Notes under the pieces: generated by a model | Seen by the model: only the letters and a program-made list of their open reading frames with translations | What the model was told of the DNA's origin: nothing | The model's database searches: none | Translations under genes and position numbers: made by a program | In this document: positions 1-11,147 of the stretch, one piece after another | How the letters are laid out: each line of letters starts with the position of its first letter | How positions within the stretch are numbered: position 1 is the stretch's first letter | Source: Prochlorococcus sp. AG-679-M23 | GTDB taxonomy: Bacteria > Cyanobacteriota > Cyanobacteriia > PCC-6307 > Cyanobiaceae | Reading direction: 5' to 3' | DNA: 64,000 bases | Assembly (NCBI GenBank): GCA_003208875.1 | Contig: QCUR01000001.1 | Span: 192,001 to 256,000, forward strand

Positions 1-345
1 TGTGAACTCGTTATATCAAGATCTGGAGCAGGAACAATAAATGAACTCATACAAACTGGAAAACCATCAATTTTAATTCCATACCCTAATTCAAAAAATA
101 ATCACCAAGAAAAAAATGCAATGATTCTCTCTTCAATAGGGGGTGCAATTTTAATGAATCAAAATCAAATATCAAAGTTATTTTTTGAAGAGACTTTGAC
201 AAGGATTTTAAAATTTGAATTAAAAAAAGGAAAACCTAAATATGAAATTTTAGATTCAATGAAAGAAAATATAAAAAATCTTGATACCTTAAAATCTACA
301 AATGAGATTAAAAAATTAATAAGCTATTTTTTAAAAGAATTTTGA
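1..345 (+). CDS. murG: MurG undecaprenyl-PP-MurNAc-pentapeptide GlcNAc transferase, C-terminal part (5' end outside window)
   Basis: Frame 1 from base 1 reads CELVISRSGAGTINELIQTGKPSILIPYP...HQEKNA, the conserved MurG G-loop and C-terminal motifs. Confidence 0.92.
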   Translation, partial: CELVISRSGAGTINELIQTGKPSILIPYPNSKNNHQEKNAMILSSIGGAILMNQNQISKLFFEETLTRILKFELKKGKPKYEILDSMKENIKNLDTLKSTNEIKKLISYFLKEF

Positions 346-1448
346 ATTTCTCTACATAAAATTTTATTATTTTTTCTAGTCTGTAAACTTATTCTTGCCC
401 ATTTTTCATTAAGAAATCTAAATGAGTTGCATTCTCTAATTAATATACCTTTTTTTTCTAAATAATGAATATTTGAAGACAAGGAGAATTTACTTTCTAT
501 TAAAAAAAAGTTAGTTGAAGAGTTATGTACTTTAAGATTTTTTATTTTCGATAATTCATTAGAAACCCAATTTTTCTCAGTATTTACCCAGTCATGAATC
601 TTTGATGTCCATTCCTCATAAAGAATTTTATTACTTAATAGTTCTATTCCAGCTTTTATAGCAAATGAATTTAATGGCCAAGGGTCTCTTTTTATATTCC
701 ATTTCTTAAGTTTTTCAGATGAGCCAATAATATAACCTAATCTTAAACCTGCAATATTAAAGAGTTTGGTCAAACTCCTAATAACTAACAAATTATCATA
801 TATTTTAGTGAGCGGAATTAAAGATTCTTTCTCACCATTAGGTGTAATGGCTAAGAAAGCTTCATCACAAATAACTAGTTTATATTTTTTTAGAATAATT
901 TCTAAAGATTTTTTATCCCATAATTGACCCGTAGGGTTATGTGGGTTGGTTATCCAAAGAACATCACAAATTGGTTTAATTGGAAAGGGTTGGGGGAAAC
1001 TATTACTCCAATTCTTTGGCAACTCCGAATAATCGAAGCTAGCGTTCCAGCAATTTAGTGATCTTTCATAATCTACGAAGCCTGGACTTGGTATACAACT
1101 TAATCCAGATTTGGAAGCTTCATAACCTGCCCAAGTTATTAATTCAGAAGCCCCATTACCTGGCAATATATTATCGGGATTTATTTGATGAAATTCTCCA
1201 ATTATTTTCCTCAAACTATTTAGATTTCTTTCAGGATAATATCGAAATCCTAGAGTTTTAATTTCTGAAATTAAAACATCTAATATCAGCTTTGGGGGTT
1301 CGAAAGGTACTAGTGAGGCACTTGAATCAATTATTTTAGATGGTAATAAATTTAATTTTTTTGCTTTAGTTAATATATTTCCTCCATGCTTGAAGTTTAT
1401 ATTTTTCATATCTTGATCATTCAAATTATTGGTATTGAATTTATTCAT
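324..1448 (-). CDS. cobD: PLP-dependent L-threonine-O-3-phosphate decarboxylase (CobD/CobC-like, cobalamin synthesis)
   Basis: HGGN N-terminus, NPHNPTG, DEAF and RSLTKLFNIAGLRLGY class I/II aminotransferase motifs. Confidence 0.75.
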   Translation of the reverse strand: MNKFNTNNLNDQDMKNINFKHGGNILTKAKKLNLLPSKIIDSSASLVPFEPPKLILDVLISEIKTLGFRYYPERNLNSLRKIIGEFHQINPDNILPGNGASELITWAGYEASKSGLSCIPSPGFVDYERSLNCWNASFDYSELPKNWSNSFPQPFPIKPICDVLWITNPHNPTGQLWDKKSLEIILKKYKLVICDEAFLAITPNGEKESLIPLTKIYDNLLVIRSLTKLFNIAGLRLGYIIGSSEKLKKWNIKRDPWPLNSFAIKAGIELLSNKILYEEWTSKIHDWVNTEKNWVSNELSKIKNLKVHNSSTNFFLIESKFSLSSNIHYLEKKGILIRECNSFRFLNEKWARISLQTRKNNKILCREIQNSFKK

Positions 1449-1463
1449 TAATTATTTTAGGTT

Positions 1464-2633
1464 TTATTCAATCCATTCTAAGTTTGATCCAATAGCTTCT
1501 TTCACATTTGATAATTGGTGAATATTAATTTGCTTTATGATTCCGTTAAGAATATTTGGGACTAATTGTGGACCGTTATATATCCATCCAGTATATATTT
1601 GCACTAAAGATGCTCCAGAACATATGCGTTCCCAAGCAGATTCTGGACTATCAATTCCACCTACTCCAATTAAATTAATATTTTTATCAATATTATGTAT
1701 ATGACTAATTATTTGATTTGCTTTTCGTTGAAGTGGTTTGCCACTTAATCCTCCATTTTCCTCAGAAAGTAATAGCCCTGTTTGTTTTATCTTTCTTTGT
1801 TCAAGACCTAATCTATCTAGACTAGTATTAGTAGCAATTATTCCATCAATATTTTCGTCAATTATTAATTGGCATATATCTTCAATATCTTTATAACTTA
1901 AATCTGGTGCGATTTTCACAAATAAAGGAGGACAATTACCTAAATTTTTGACTTCTCTAAGCAGTTCTTTAAGAAGTATAGGATCTTGTAACTTTCTAAG
2001 TCCTTGAGTATTTGGTGAACTTACATTTATAACTGCGTAATCACAATAAGGAATCAAAAGTTTTAAAGAAGTTAAATAATCTTCTGTAGCTTTGGATAAG
2101 CTTGTAATTTTAGATTTCCCAAAATTTATGCCCAAACAATTATTTTTTCTATGTTTTTTTAAATCAACATTTTGCTTTAAAAAGTTTTTAACAAGATTTT
2201 CGGCACCATTATTATTAAATCCCATTCTATTTAATGCTGCCTGCTCCTTAGCTAATCTAAATAATCTTGGTTTAGGATTACCAGATTGAGCGAATTTAGT
2301 AACTGTACCAATTTCAGCAAAACCAAATCCAAAATCCTTCCAAATATTTGCAGCATTTCCATTTTTATCAAAACCTGCTGCTAAACCAACTGGATTACAA
2401 AAATCTATCCCACATATTTTTTGATGTAATCTTTTATCAACAACACAAAATTCTTGATTCAAACTTTTTATAATTCTTGAAATTAAGGGCCAATTTCTGT
2501 TTTTTGAACTAAAAGTGAGAAGACTTAAGGAGAAGTTTGTAAGGTACTCTGCATCTATTCCGACGTCTTTTTTAAGGATAGGAGTTACCAGGTTCTTATA
2601 AATATTATTAAACATCCCTTTCTGATCAATCAT
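1464..2633 (-). CDS. pyrD: Dihydroorotate dehydrogenase (quinone, class 2)
   Basis: GLAAGFDKN, NRMGFNN, NVSSPNT, KIAPD, GGLSG motifs. Confidence 0.97.
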   Translation of the reverse strand: MIDQKGMFNNIYKNLVTPILKKDVGIDAEYLTNFSLSLLTFSSKNRNWPLISRIIKSLNQEFCVVDKRLHQKICGIDFCNPVGLAAGFDKNGNAANIWKDFGFGFAEIGTVTKFAQSGNPKPRLFRLAKEQAALNRMGFNNNGAENLVKNFLKQNVDLKKHRKNNCLGINFGKSKITSLSKATEDYLTSLKLLIPYCDYAVINVSSPNTQGLRKLQDPILLKELLREVKNLGNCPPLFVKIAPDLSYKDIEDICQLIIDENIDGIIATNTSLDRLGLEQRKIKQTGLLLSEENGGLSGKPLQRKANQIISHIHNIDKNINLIGVGGIDSPESAWERICSGASLVQIYTGWIYNGPQLVPNILNGIIKQINIHQLSNVKEAIGSNLEWIE

Positions 2634-2646
2634 AAAATATTAAAGA

Positions 2647-3369
2647 TTAAGTATTAATATTCTCTATTATCCAATATTTTTGATTTTTAGGAATCAATCT
2701 CCAATTACGCCATTCAAACAATTCATATTTTTGAATGAGTACATAACTTTCTTCTCCAAGTAATTCATTCAATTCACTAGAATTTAAAAAATATTTTTTT
2801 TCAGCAAATTTTTCAAGTAATTCATTTTTGGAAAATAATTTTTGAATTTTACTAGGTTCTTTTTTATTTGAAAAGTCTATTGCTTTAAATGATTTTTTGA
2901 CTTCACCAACTAGAGGTATTCCTTTGCTATAACTTGTAGCAATTAAATCTACTCTCTCATTCTGTTTATCCCCACTATGACCTTTTACGAATTCCATCAC
3001 TAGGCCTTTAATTCTTAAATCATCTATTTTTTGCCATAAATCCAAATTTTGAACAGATTTACCTGCACTTGTTTTCCATCCATTTCTCTTCCAATTGATG
3101 ATCCATTTTGTATATCCCTCAATAACATATTTACTATCTGTTCTTAATTTAAAGTTTTCTTTTAATTGAAAAGTTTTTAACTTTTCGAGTGTTTTAATAG
3201 CTGCAGTGAGTTCCATCCTATTGTTAGTGGTATTTTCTTCTGAACCACCTATTTCTATTTCACTATTATCATTAAATATTATTAATCCTCCCCATCCACC
3301 TGGACCGGGATTTCCACTGCAAGCACCATCTGTTGCAGCTTCAATTGCAATATTTTGTTGACTATTCAT
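2647..3369 (-). CDS. rnhA: Ribonuclease HI with C-terminal extension
   Basis: TDGACSGNPGPGGWG, TNNRMEL, TDSKY, VKGHSG, NERVD. Confidence 0.96.
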   Translation of the reverse strand: MNSQQNIAIEAATDGACSGNPGPGGWGGLIIFNDNSEIEIGGSEENTTNNRMELTAAIKTLEKLKTFQLKENFKLRTDSKYVIEGYTKWIINWKRNGWKTSAGKSVQNLDLWQKIDDLRIKGLVMEFVKGHSGDKQNERVDLIATSYSKGIPLVGEVKKSFKAIDFSNKKEPSKIQKLFSKNELLEKFAEKKYFLNSSELNELLGEESYVLIQKYELFEWRNWRLIPKNQKYWIIENINT

Positions 3370-3377
3370 GATTTTAA

Positions 3378-3400
3378 AGCCGATATTAGATATATCGGCT
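3378..3400 (-). terminator. Hairpin downstream of rplL (terminator or 3' stability element)
   Basis: AGCCGATAT-5 nt-ATATCGGCT perfect 9-bp stem just after the rplL stop; the U-tail is short. Confidence 0.55.
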
Positions 3401-3415
3401 AGAAAAATTTCTTCT

Positions 3416-3811
3416 CTATTTTAGTGTAACTTTACCGCCAGCTTCTTCAATCTCTTTCTTTAAAGTTTCAGCATCTGCTTTCGCAATACCTTCTTTAACT
3501 GTCTTTGGCGCGGATTCAACAAGTGCTTTTGCATCGCCTAGACCAAGACCAGTAGCATTTCTTACAACTTTAAGGACTTTGATTTTAGCCGCTGCGTCGA
3601 AGCTTTCTAGAATTACATCGAATTCAGTTTTCTCTTCAGCTGCTTCGCCGCCTCCATCTCCACCACCAGCTCCTGGAGCTGCCATTACTACACCAGCGGA
3701 TGCAGCTGCGGAGACACCAAATGCCTCTTCAATTTGTTTAACAAGCTCAGATGCTTCTAAAAGTGAGAGAGATTTCAATGATTCGAGAATTTCTTCAGTT
3801 TTTGCAGTCAT
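3416..3811 (-). CDS. rplL: 50S ribosomal protein L7/L12
   Basis: [29 protein letters not shown]. Confidence 0.99.
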   Translation of the reverse strand: MTAKTEEILESLKSLSLLEASELVKQIEEAFGVSAAASAGVVMAAPGAGGGDGGGEAAEEKTEFDVILESFDAAAKIKVLKVVRNATGLGLGDAKALVESAPKTVKEGIAKADAETLKKEIEEAGGKVTLK

Positions 3812-3839
3812 TTTCTTAATAGATAATTAATTTTGAAGT

Positions 3840-4367
3840 TTAAGATTCTGATTTTTCAGAATGTTGTTTAAGTGATCTAGCAAGTCCAGAAGGCACTTCA
3901 TTGATAGAAATAGCAATTTTTGTAGCAACACCATTTAATGCGCCGGCAATTTTTGCCATTAATACCTCTCTCGAAGGAAGACTTGCGATTTCTTTTATTT
4001 CAGATTCGCTGAGAAGTCTACCCTCGAATAAAGCTCCTTTGGTTTCGGATTTTTTTGTCTCTTTCTGAAAAGATTGAATTGCTTTTACAGCGCCTCCAAC
4101 ATCTTCTTTGATTAAAACAAAAGCATTAGTCCCTGTTAGTAAGGATTCAAGATCAGACCAATTACTATTACCATCAATTGCTTTACGCATTAATGAGTTT
4201 TTAGTAACTTTGCAAATGCCATTATTTGTTTGCAATCTTGATCGCAAATCAGACATCTCCTTGATAGTTAAACCTTTATAGTCAAGAACTACAGCCATTT
4301 CCGAATCATCTAACAGAGATTTTATTTCTGTGACGATTTTTTGCTTATTCTCTATTGTTCGGCCCAT
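3840..4367 (-). CDS. rplJ: 50S ribosomal protein L10
   Basis: [22 protein letters not shown]; position in the rplKAJL cluster. Confidence 0.98.
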   Translation of the reverse strand: MGRTIENKQKIVTEIKSLLDDSEMAVVLDYKGLTIKEMSDLRSRLQTNNGICKVTKNSLMRKAIDGNSNWSDLESLLTGTNAFVLIKEDVGGAVKAIQSFQKETKKSETKGALFEGRLLSESEIKEIASLPSREVLMAKIAGALNGVATKIAISINEVPSGLARSLKQHSEKSES

Positions 4368-4399
4368 TGTTGTTTTTGGATCGTAATTTAGGAAGAGCA

Positions 4400-4530
4400 G
4401 GAAATGCGGTAAAGTCCATTTCTGAAAGAGGCCGCACTTATTAGATCCAAAAAGAAAATAATTAAGACGAAACCTCGGCAGGATTTAAAGATTTAGCCGG
4501 AACTAAATCAACCTACTTTCTTTGGCCGTA
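4400..4530 (-). promoter_or_regulatory. L10 leader (ribosomal protein autoregulatory RNA)
   Basis: Minus strand reads CCAAAGAAAGTAGGT-GATTTAG(ttccgg)CTAAATC-TTTAAATCCTGCCGAGG in the rplA-rplJ spacer, matching the L10-leader pattern; boundaries approximate. Confidence 0.75.
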
Positions 4531-4559
4531 TTATTGCCTTAAAATTATACTACAGAGCG

Positions 4560-5267
4560 TTAACTTTCAGGTTGATAATCTTGCAAGGCATTTATGTCGA
4601 CTTGAACTGAAGGTCCCATAGTTGAAGTTACATAAAAACTTCTCCAATACTTACCCTTCGCACCACTAGGTTTGTTTTTATCAATAGATTCTTGTAATGT
4701 CTTTAAGTTTTCAAATAAGGCATTTTCGGTAAAGCTAGCTTTACCAAAGCGAACATGCACAATGCCAGCTTTATCTGCTCTAAATTCTAGTTTACCCGCT
4801 TTAAATTCTTTTATTGCACTAGCTATATCACCAGTTACAGTACCCGCTTTTGGATTTGGCATTAACCCCCTTGGACCTAAAACTCTTCCAAGTTTTGCTA
4901 CTTTTGGCATCATATCAGGAGTAGCAATAAGCAAATCAAAATCCATATTGCCTTTATTAATGCTTTCTACAAGATCTTCTTCTCCAAAAAGATCTGCTCC
5001 TGCAGATTTGGCTTTTGCTACATTCTCACCACTTGTTATAACAGCGATTTTAATACTTTGGCCAGTTCCATTTGGTAGACCTACGGTTGTTCTTAGCTGT
5101 TGATCTGTATATTTAGGATCAATTCCCAACCGAATATGGGCTTCAATAGTCTCATCAAATTTTGCATTTGCATTTTCCTTGACAATGCCTAAGGCTTCAA
5201 GGGGAGCATACGTGCGATCTTCTATCTTTGTTGATAGAGCTGTCATTCTTTTGGATAGTTTTTTCAT
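4560..5267 (-). CDS. rplA: 50S ribosomal protein L1
   Basis: [26 protein letters not shown]. Confidence 0.99.
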   Translation of the reverse strand: MKKLSKRMTALSTKIEDRTYAPLEALGIVKENANAKFDETIEAHIRLGIDPKYTDQQLRTTVGLPNGTGQSIKIAVITSGENVAKAKSAGADLFGEEDLVESINKGNMDFDLLIATPDMMPKVAKLGRVLGPRGLMPNPKAGTVTGDIASAIKEFKAGKLEFRADKAGIVHVRFGKASFTENALFENLKTLQESIDKNKPSGAKGKYWRSFYVTSTMGPSVQVDINALQDYQPES

Positions 5268-5276
5268 AATATATTT

Positions 5277-5307
5277 GGGTTCAAACGGTTAAATAATTAA
5301 CCTCCCC
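5277..5307 (-). promoter_or_regulatory. Putative L1-binding autoregulatory site upstream of rplA
   Basis: Minus strand GGGGA-GGTTAA(ttat)TTAACC-GTTTGAACCC: a stem with an asymmetric internal loop resembling the L1 mRNA target, 9 nt before the rplA ATG. Confidence 0.55.
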
Positions 5308-5333
5308 TAAAAAGTGAATGTTTGAGATTGAAT

Positions 5334-5759
5334 TTATTCTGTAATAGAAACGCCCATGTTTCTAGCCGTTCCCTCAATTACCTTCATAGCTGATTCAATA
5401 CTCGTACAGTTTAAATCAGGAAGCTTTGTTTTGGCTATCTCCTCTAATTGAGATTTACTTATATTACCCACAGATCCTTTGGAAGACTCACCAGCTCCTT
5501 TTTCTATTCCAGCGGCTTTAGTTATTAAGACTGAAGCAGGCGGAGTTTTAGTTATAAAGGTAAAGCTTCTATCTTCAAAAACGGAAATTTCAACGGGAAT
5601 AACAAAACCGGCTTTATCTTGTGTTCTTGCATTATATTCTTTGCAAAATGCCATGATATTTACACCGTGTTGACCTAAAGCTGGACCCACTGGTGGGGCT
5701 GGATTTGCTTTGCCAGCTTGAAGTGCTAGTTTGATAACCGCAACAATTTTTTTTGCCAT
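5334..5759 (-). CDS. rplK: 50S ribosomal protein L11
   Basis: [29 protein letters not shown]. Confidence 0.99.
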   Translation of the reverse strand: MAKKIVAVIKLALQAGKANPAPPVGPALGQHGVNIMAFCKEYNARTQDKAGFVIPVEISVFEDRSFTFITKTPPASVLITKAAGIEKGAGESSKGSVGNISKSQLEEIAKTKLPDLNCTSIESAMKVIEGTARNMGVSITE

Positions 5760-5817
5760 TGTATTTTTGAATTTAAACTGAGGTTAAAATGTTTTACTCG
5801 ATAAACAGAAATAATAA

Positions 5818-6429
5818 TTAATTTTGTTTATTGATTTGGGAGAATTCTAATTCTACAGGAGTTTCGCGCCCAAATATTGAAAGTAATGCTTTTAATTTAT
5901 TTCTTTCACCAGAAACTTCTATAACTTCACCCTGGAAATCTTTAAAAGGTCCACTGGTAACGATAATTCTATCTTTTTCCTCAAGATCTAATTTTATTAC
6001 AGCTTTCTTCTCCGAGGCGCGCTTAAATATTCTATTTACCTCTTGCCTGGATAAAGGTCGAGGTTTAATATGTCCTCGTGATCTACCGCTGCCTCTTCCA
6101 TCTTCCGCTCCAACAAAATTAATAACATTGGGAGTACTTTTTACAGCCATCATTGTATCTTCATCCAGAATCATCCTAACCAATACGTAACCAGGGAAAA
6201 CTTTTTCCTCTGTAGTTTGTCTGGAACCATCTTTCTTAAGTTTGATACCTGGAGTTTGAGGGATTTCAATCTCTATAATTCGATTATTAACACCTAAAGT
6301 TACTGACCTTTGCTCGAGAGTGGCTTTTACTTTCTTTTCACAGCTTGATGCAACTTGAACCGCATACCATCTAGCAACACTAGTATTAGCCTTTTGAGAA
6401 CTAAGATTTGTTGTTAATTCATTACTCAT
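5818..6429 (-). CDS. nusG: Transcription termination/antitermination factor NusG
   Basis: WYAVQ, KVFPGYVLV, KOW motif GPFKDFQG, FGRETPVELEF. Confidence 0.98.
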   Translation of the reverse strand: MSNELTTNLSSQKANTSVARWYAVQVASSCEKKVKATLEQRSVTLGVNNRIIEIEIPQTPGIKLKKDGSRQTTEEKVFPGYVLVRMILDEDTMMAVKSTPNVINFVGAEDGRGSGRSRGHIKPRPLSRQEVNRIFKRASEKKAVIKLDLEEKDRIIVTSGPFKDFQGEVIEVSGERNKLKALLSIFGRETPVELEFSQINKQN

Positions 6430-6503
6430 TTTTCTTTCTTTGGAAACTGGATAAATGATTTTTAAAAATTATAGGATTGAATCTATATTTAAAAATTTTT
6501 AAT

Positions 6504-6743
6504 TTAACGGAAAATTTGTGATGCAGCCCATCCATAAAACCTACTTACAGATGCAATTGCTGCAGCCGAAAAGGATACCATAATGATAACAGCAATAGAT
6601 TCGCTAAATAACTGTTGTTTGTTAGGCCACACAACTAGTTTGAGTTCATCGAATGTAGAAGTAAAAAAATTCTTCTTTTTCTTCGGCTCTTTTATTTCAG
6701 AAGGCTCTTTTTGAAGAGGTTCTTGATTAGTAGGACTTGTCAC
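6504..6743 (-). CDS. secE: Preprotein translocase subunit SecE
   Basis: ELKLVVWP motif plus one TM helix; upstream of nusG. Confidence 0.95.
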   Translation of the reverse strand: MTSPTNQEPLQKEPSEIKEPKKKKNFFTSTFDELKLVVWPNKQQLFSESIAVIIMVSFSAAAIASVSRFYGWAASQIFR

Positions 6744-6805
6744 AAAATTTTAATTTAGTTTAAGCTTAAAAAACTTAAAATTATTTTAGCTCATCGTTTT
6801 ACTCA

Positions 6806-9565
6806 TCAGCTAGGTTTAAATAAAATCTCATCTTTTTTTGAAGGGCTAATTTTTACAGATATATTTTTTTTATTTTTAAAATTATCTTCTAATAGTTTTG
6901 ATGCTAATGGATTTTCTATTTGTCTTCTAAGTTCTCTTCCTAATGGCCTAGCACCATATTCAGGCTGGTAGGAATCATTAGCAATCTTTTGTATAACTCT
7001 TTTATCAATATTAATTTTTATCCCCTGTTCAAGTAATAATTTTTTTAAATCTTCTATTTGTAAAAGAATTATTTTTTGTAGTTGATCAATTGATAGGGTA
7101 TCAAACTTTACTATTTCATCGATTCTGTTTAAAAATTCGGGTCTAAAAATAGAGGATAATGATTTATTAATAGAATCTTGTAAGGTTTGTTTTCTTAGTT
7201 CGGAATTTTCTTTTTGATTTGGAACTATTTTTGAATCTTCTAATATTATTTTTCCAGCTAAATTGCTAGTCATTATTATAACTGTATTTTTAAAGTCAAC
7301 AGTTCTTCCTTGAGAATCCGTTAATCTTCCTTCATCTAAAACTTGTAGGAGGATATTGAAAACTTCTGAATGCGCTTTTTCGATCTCATCAAGGAGAATT
7401 ACAGAATAAGGTTTTCTCCTAACTGCTTCAGTTAATTGCCCTCCCTCTTCGTAGCCAACATAACCTGGAGGAGCTCCTAAAAGTCTTGCGACAGCATTTT
7501 TCTCCATATATTCACTCATATCAAGCCTTAATAAAGCTTCTTCTTCATCAAATAATGATGATGCCAAAGATTTTGCTAATTCTGTCTTGCCAACTCCTGT
7601 CGGACCCATAAATAAGAATGATCCAATTGGTCTTTTAGGATTCTTCATTCCAACTCTCGCTCTTCGTATCGCAGAAGAAACAGCTTCAATAGCTTTTTCT
7701 TGTCCAATAACTTTTTCACTTATTTCTAACTCCAAGTTAACTAATTTTTTTCGTTCATTAGAAACTACTTTGGCAATAGGAATCCCAGTTATTTTTGAAA
7801 TAACATCGGCAATATCATCAGGTTCAACTTGATATTTAAAATTATATTTCCTATTTCTTTGAAGTTTCTGGCAACTTATCTCAACATTTTTTATTTCACT
7901 TTCAATTTCATTTAGTTCTGATTCTAGATTATTAAGACTATCAAAATTATCTATTTCGTCACTATGAATGTTTAATTCTTCGATTTTCAGAATTAGCCTA
8001 TTCTCTTCTTTTAACAAAAAAGTTAATTGTTCAATTTTTTTTCGATCATTATCCCAATCATTAGTAATTTCATACAATTTCTTTATAGATAATTCTTTGC
8101 TTACTAATAATTGTTCTCTTTCTTCAATATTTTCGGGTAGGATATTTTTCAACTTAAGTTCAATAGTATCGATATTTTTTTCTTGATCGATAATTGTTTT
8201 GGGTTTTATATTAGATTCAATTTTTAATTGAGCTGCTGCTTCATCTATTAAATCTATTGCTTTATCTGGAAGACACTTATCGCTTATATATCTATCTGCA
8301 AGTCTCGCAGAACAATTAATTGCTTCTTCTGTAATTCTAATACCATGATGTAATTCATATTTCTTTTTTATACCTTGTAAAATTTTTGCACTTAACTCAA
8401 CTGATGGTTCATTAACTAATATCTTTTGAAAACAATTATTTAGAGACTGATCTTTTTCAATACTTTCGCGAAATTTTTCAGGTGTTGTTGTTCCTATACA
8501 TCTCAGCTCACCTTCGGTAAGTAAAGGTTTTAAAATGTTGCTTATATCTGTTGTAGTTCTATCAGAAGTGATTATTGTATGGATTTCATCAATAAATAAA
8601 ATAATGCCTTGATTAGAGTCTTTGATTTCATTAAGTATTAAGCTTAGTCTTTCCTCTAATTGACCTCTAAACTTTGTTCCAGAAACTAATGCTCCCAAGT
8701 CAAGAGAAATAATTTTTAAGTTTTTTAACAAATCAGGAACTTTTTTTTCTGCTATCAATTGAGCAAGTAATTTAGCAATAGAAGTTTTGCCAACGCCTGG
8801 ATGACCAATGAGGATTGGATTATTTTTGCTTCGTCTAGATAAAACTCTCATTAAGTTATTAATCTCATCCCCACGTCCTATTACTGGATCTAGCAAACCT
8901 TTCTCGGCAGATTCTGTTAAATCTTTTCCGTAAAGAGACAGTGCATTCTCTTCGATTTTTTGCTTGGTTTTAGTTATAAGATTACTTTTCGGTGAAGGGA
9001 TGTTGGCTTTTGATTCCTTTATTACCTCCTCCTTATCACTTTCATCAATAGATTTATTGATTAAAGTCTTATCTTCATAAGAAATATCTTTTTTATTTTC
9101 TGTGTAATTTTTTCTTTGAATAATATTTGGGGAAAATTTTAATTCTTCTTCTAATTGTTCTACTGAAAGGTACCCCTCTTGAAAAACATAATTACCTATT
9201 CTTGAATCATTACCTAAAGCAATTAACAAATGAGGAATCTCTATTAATTTAGAACCCCACTGTGTTTTGATTTGATTTGCATTGTCTAATAAAATTTCGA
9301 GCTCTTCACCAATAGTAAAAATATCTGAATCATTTATTGGGGTTTCTTCTAAAAATTCTTCAGTTATGTCTAGAACTATATTTTGATCTACTGATAACTT
9401 TTCTATAAATGAAAAAAATTCACTTGAGGTAAACAAAGTATGAATAATATGTTCAATATTAAATTCACTATGGTCCCATTTTTTTGCAGTTTCTTCTCCC
9501 AATAAAAGAAGATTCCAACTTATATCACTAAAAAGATCTGGATTTGAGGTAAGAGTTTCTCTCAT
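6806..9565 (-). CDS. clpB: ClpB-family AAA+ chaperone (cyanobacterial ClpB2-like)
   Basis: Two Walker A motifs (GHPGVGKT, GPTGVGKT), coiled-coil middle domain, RLLGAPPGYVGYEEGG, YGARPL. Confidence 0.9.
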   Translation of the reverse strand: MRETLTSNPDLFSDISWNLLLLGEETAKKWDHSEFNIEHIIHTLFTSSEFFSFIEKLSVDQNIVLDITEEFLEETPINDSDIFTIGEELEILLDNANQIKTQWGSKLIEIPHLLIALGNDSRIGNYVFQEGYLSVEQLEEELKFSPNIIQRKNYTENKKDISYEDKTLINKSIDESDKEEVIKESKANIPSPKSNLITKTKQKIEENALSLYGKDLTESAEKGLLDPVIGRGDEINNLMRVLSRRSKNNPILIGHPGVGKTSIAKLLAQLIAEKKVPDLLKNLKIISLDLGALVSGTKFRGQLEERLSLILNEIKDSNQGIILFIDEIHTIITSDRTTTDISNILKPLLTEGELRCIGTTTPEKFRESIEKDQSLNNCFQKILVNEPSVELSAKILQGIKKKYELHHGIRITEEAINCSARLADRYISDKCLPDKAIDLIDEAAAQLKIESNIKPKTIIDQEKNIDTIELKLKNILPENIEEREQLLVSKELSIKKLYEITNDWDNDRKKIEQLTFLLKEENRLILKIEELNIHSDEIDNFDSLNNLESELNEIESEIKNVEISCQKLQRNRKYNFKYQVEPDDIADVISKITGIPIAKVVSNERKKLVNLELEISEKVIGQEKAIEAVSSAIRRARVGMKNPKRPIGSFLFMGPTGVGKTELAKSLASSLFDEEEALLRLDMSEYMEKNAVARLLGAPPGYVGYEEGGQLTEAVRRKPYSVILLDEIEKAHSEVFNILLQVLDEGRLTDSQGRTVDFKNTVIIMTSNLAGKIILEDSKIVPNQKENSELRKQTLQDSINKSLSSIFRPEFLNRIDEIVKFDTLSIDQLQKIILLQIEDLKKLLLEQGIKINIDKRVIQKIANDSYQPEYGARPLGRELRRQIENPLASKLLEDNFKNKKNISVKISPSKKDEILFKPS

Positions 9566-9848
9566 AAACTATATACAATTTATGCTTGATAATTTATTTT
9601 TATTTTAATTAAGAATAGCTTAATGATCATTTAGAACTTCGTATAATTATAGGATATAATTAAAAAAAATTTCATATAATAATTAGATTTTTTAGTTTGG
9701 TTGGAGAATTTTCATGATTACTAGATAATTAGTAAGTGGTTTAAGCACTTGTTTTGAAATCAAAAAAAATTATTTGATTATCTTCTTTATATTTCAGATA
9801 TTAGCCAAATACTTCAGCTATTTATAGGATTTAAATAGTATTAATTAA

Positions 9849-11144
<1,296 letters not shown>

Positions 11145-11147
11145 TTT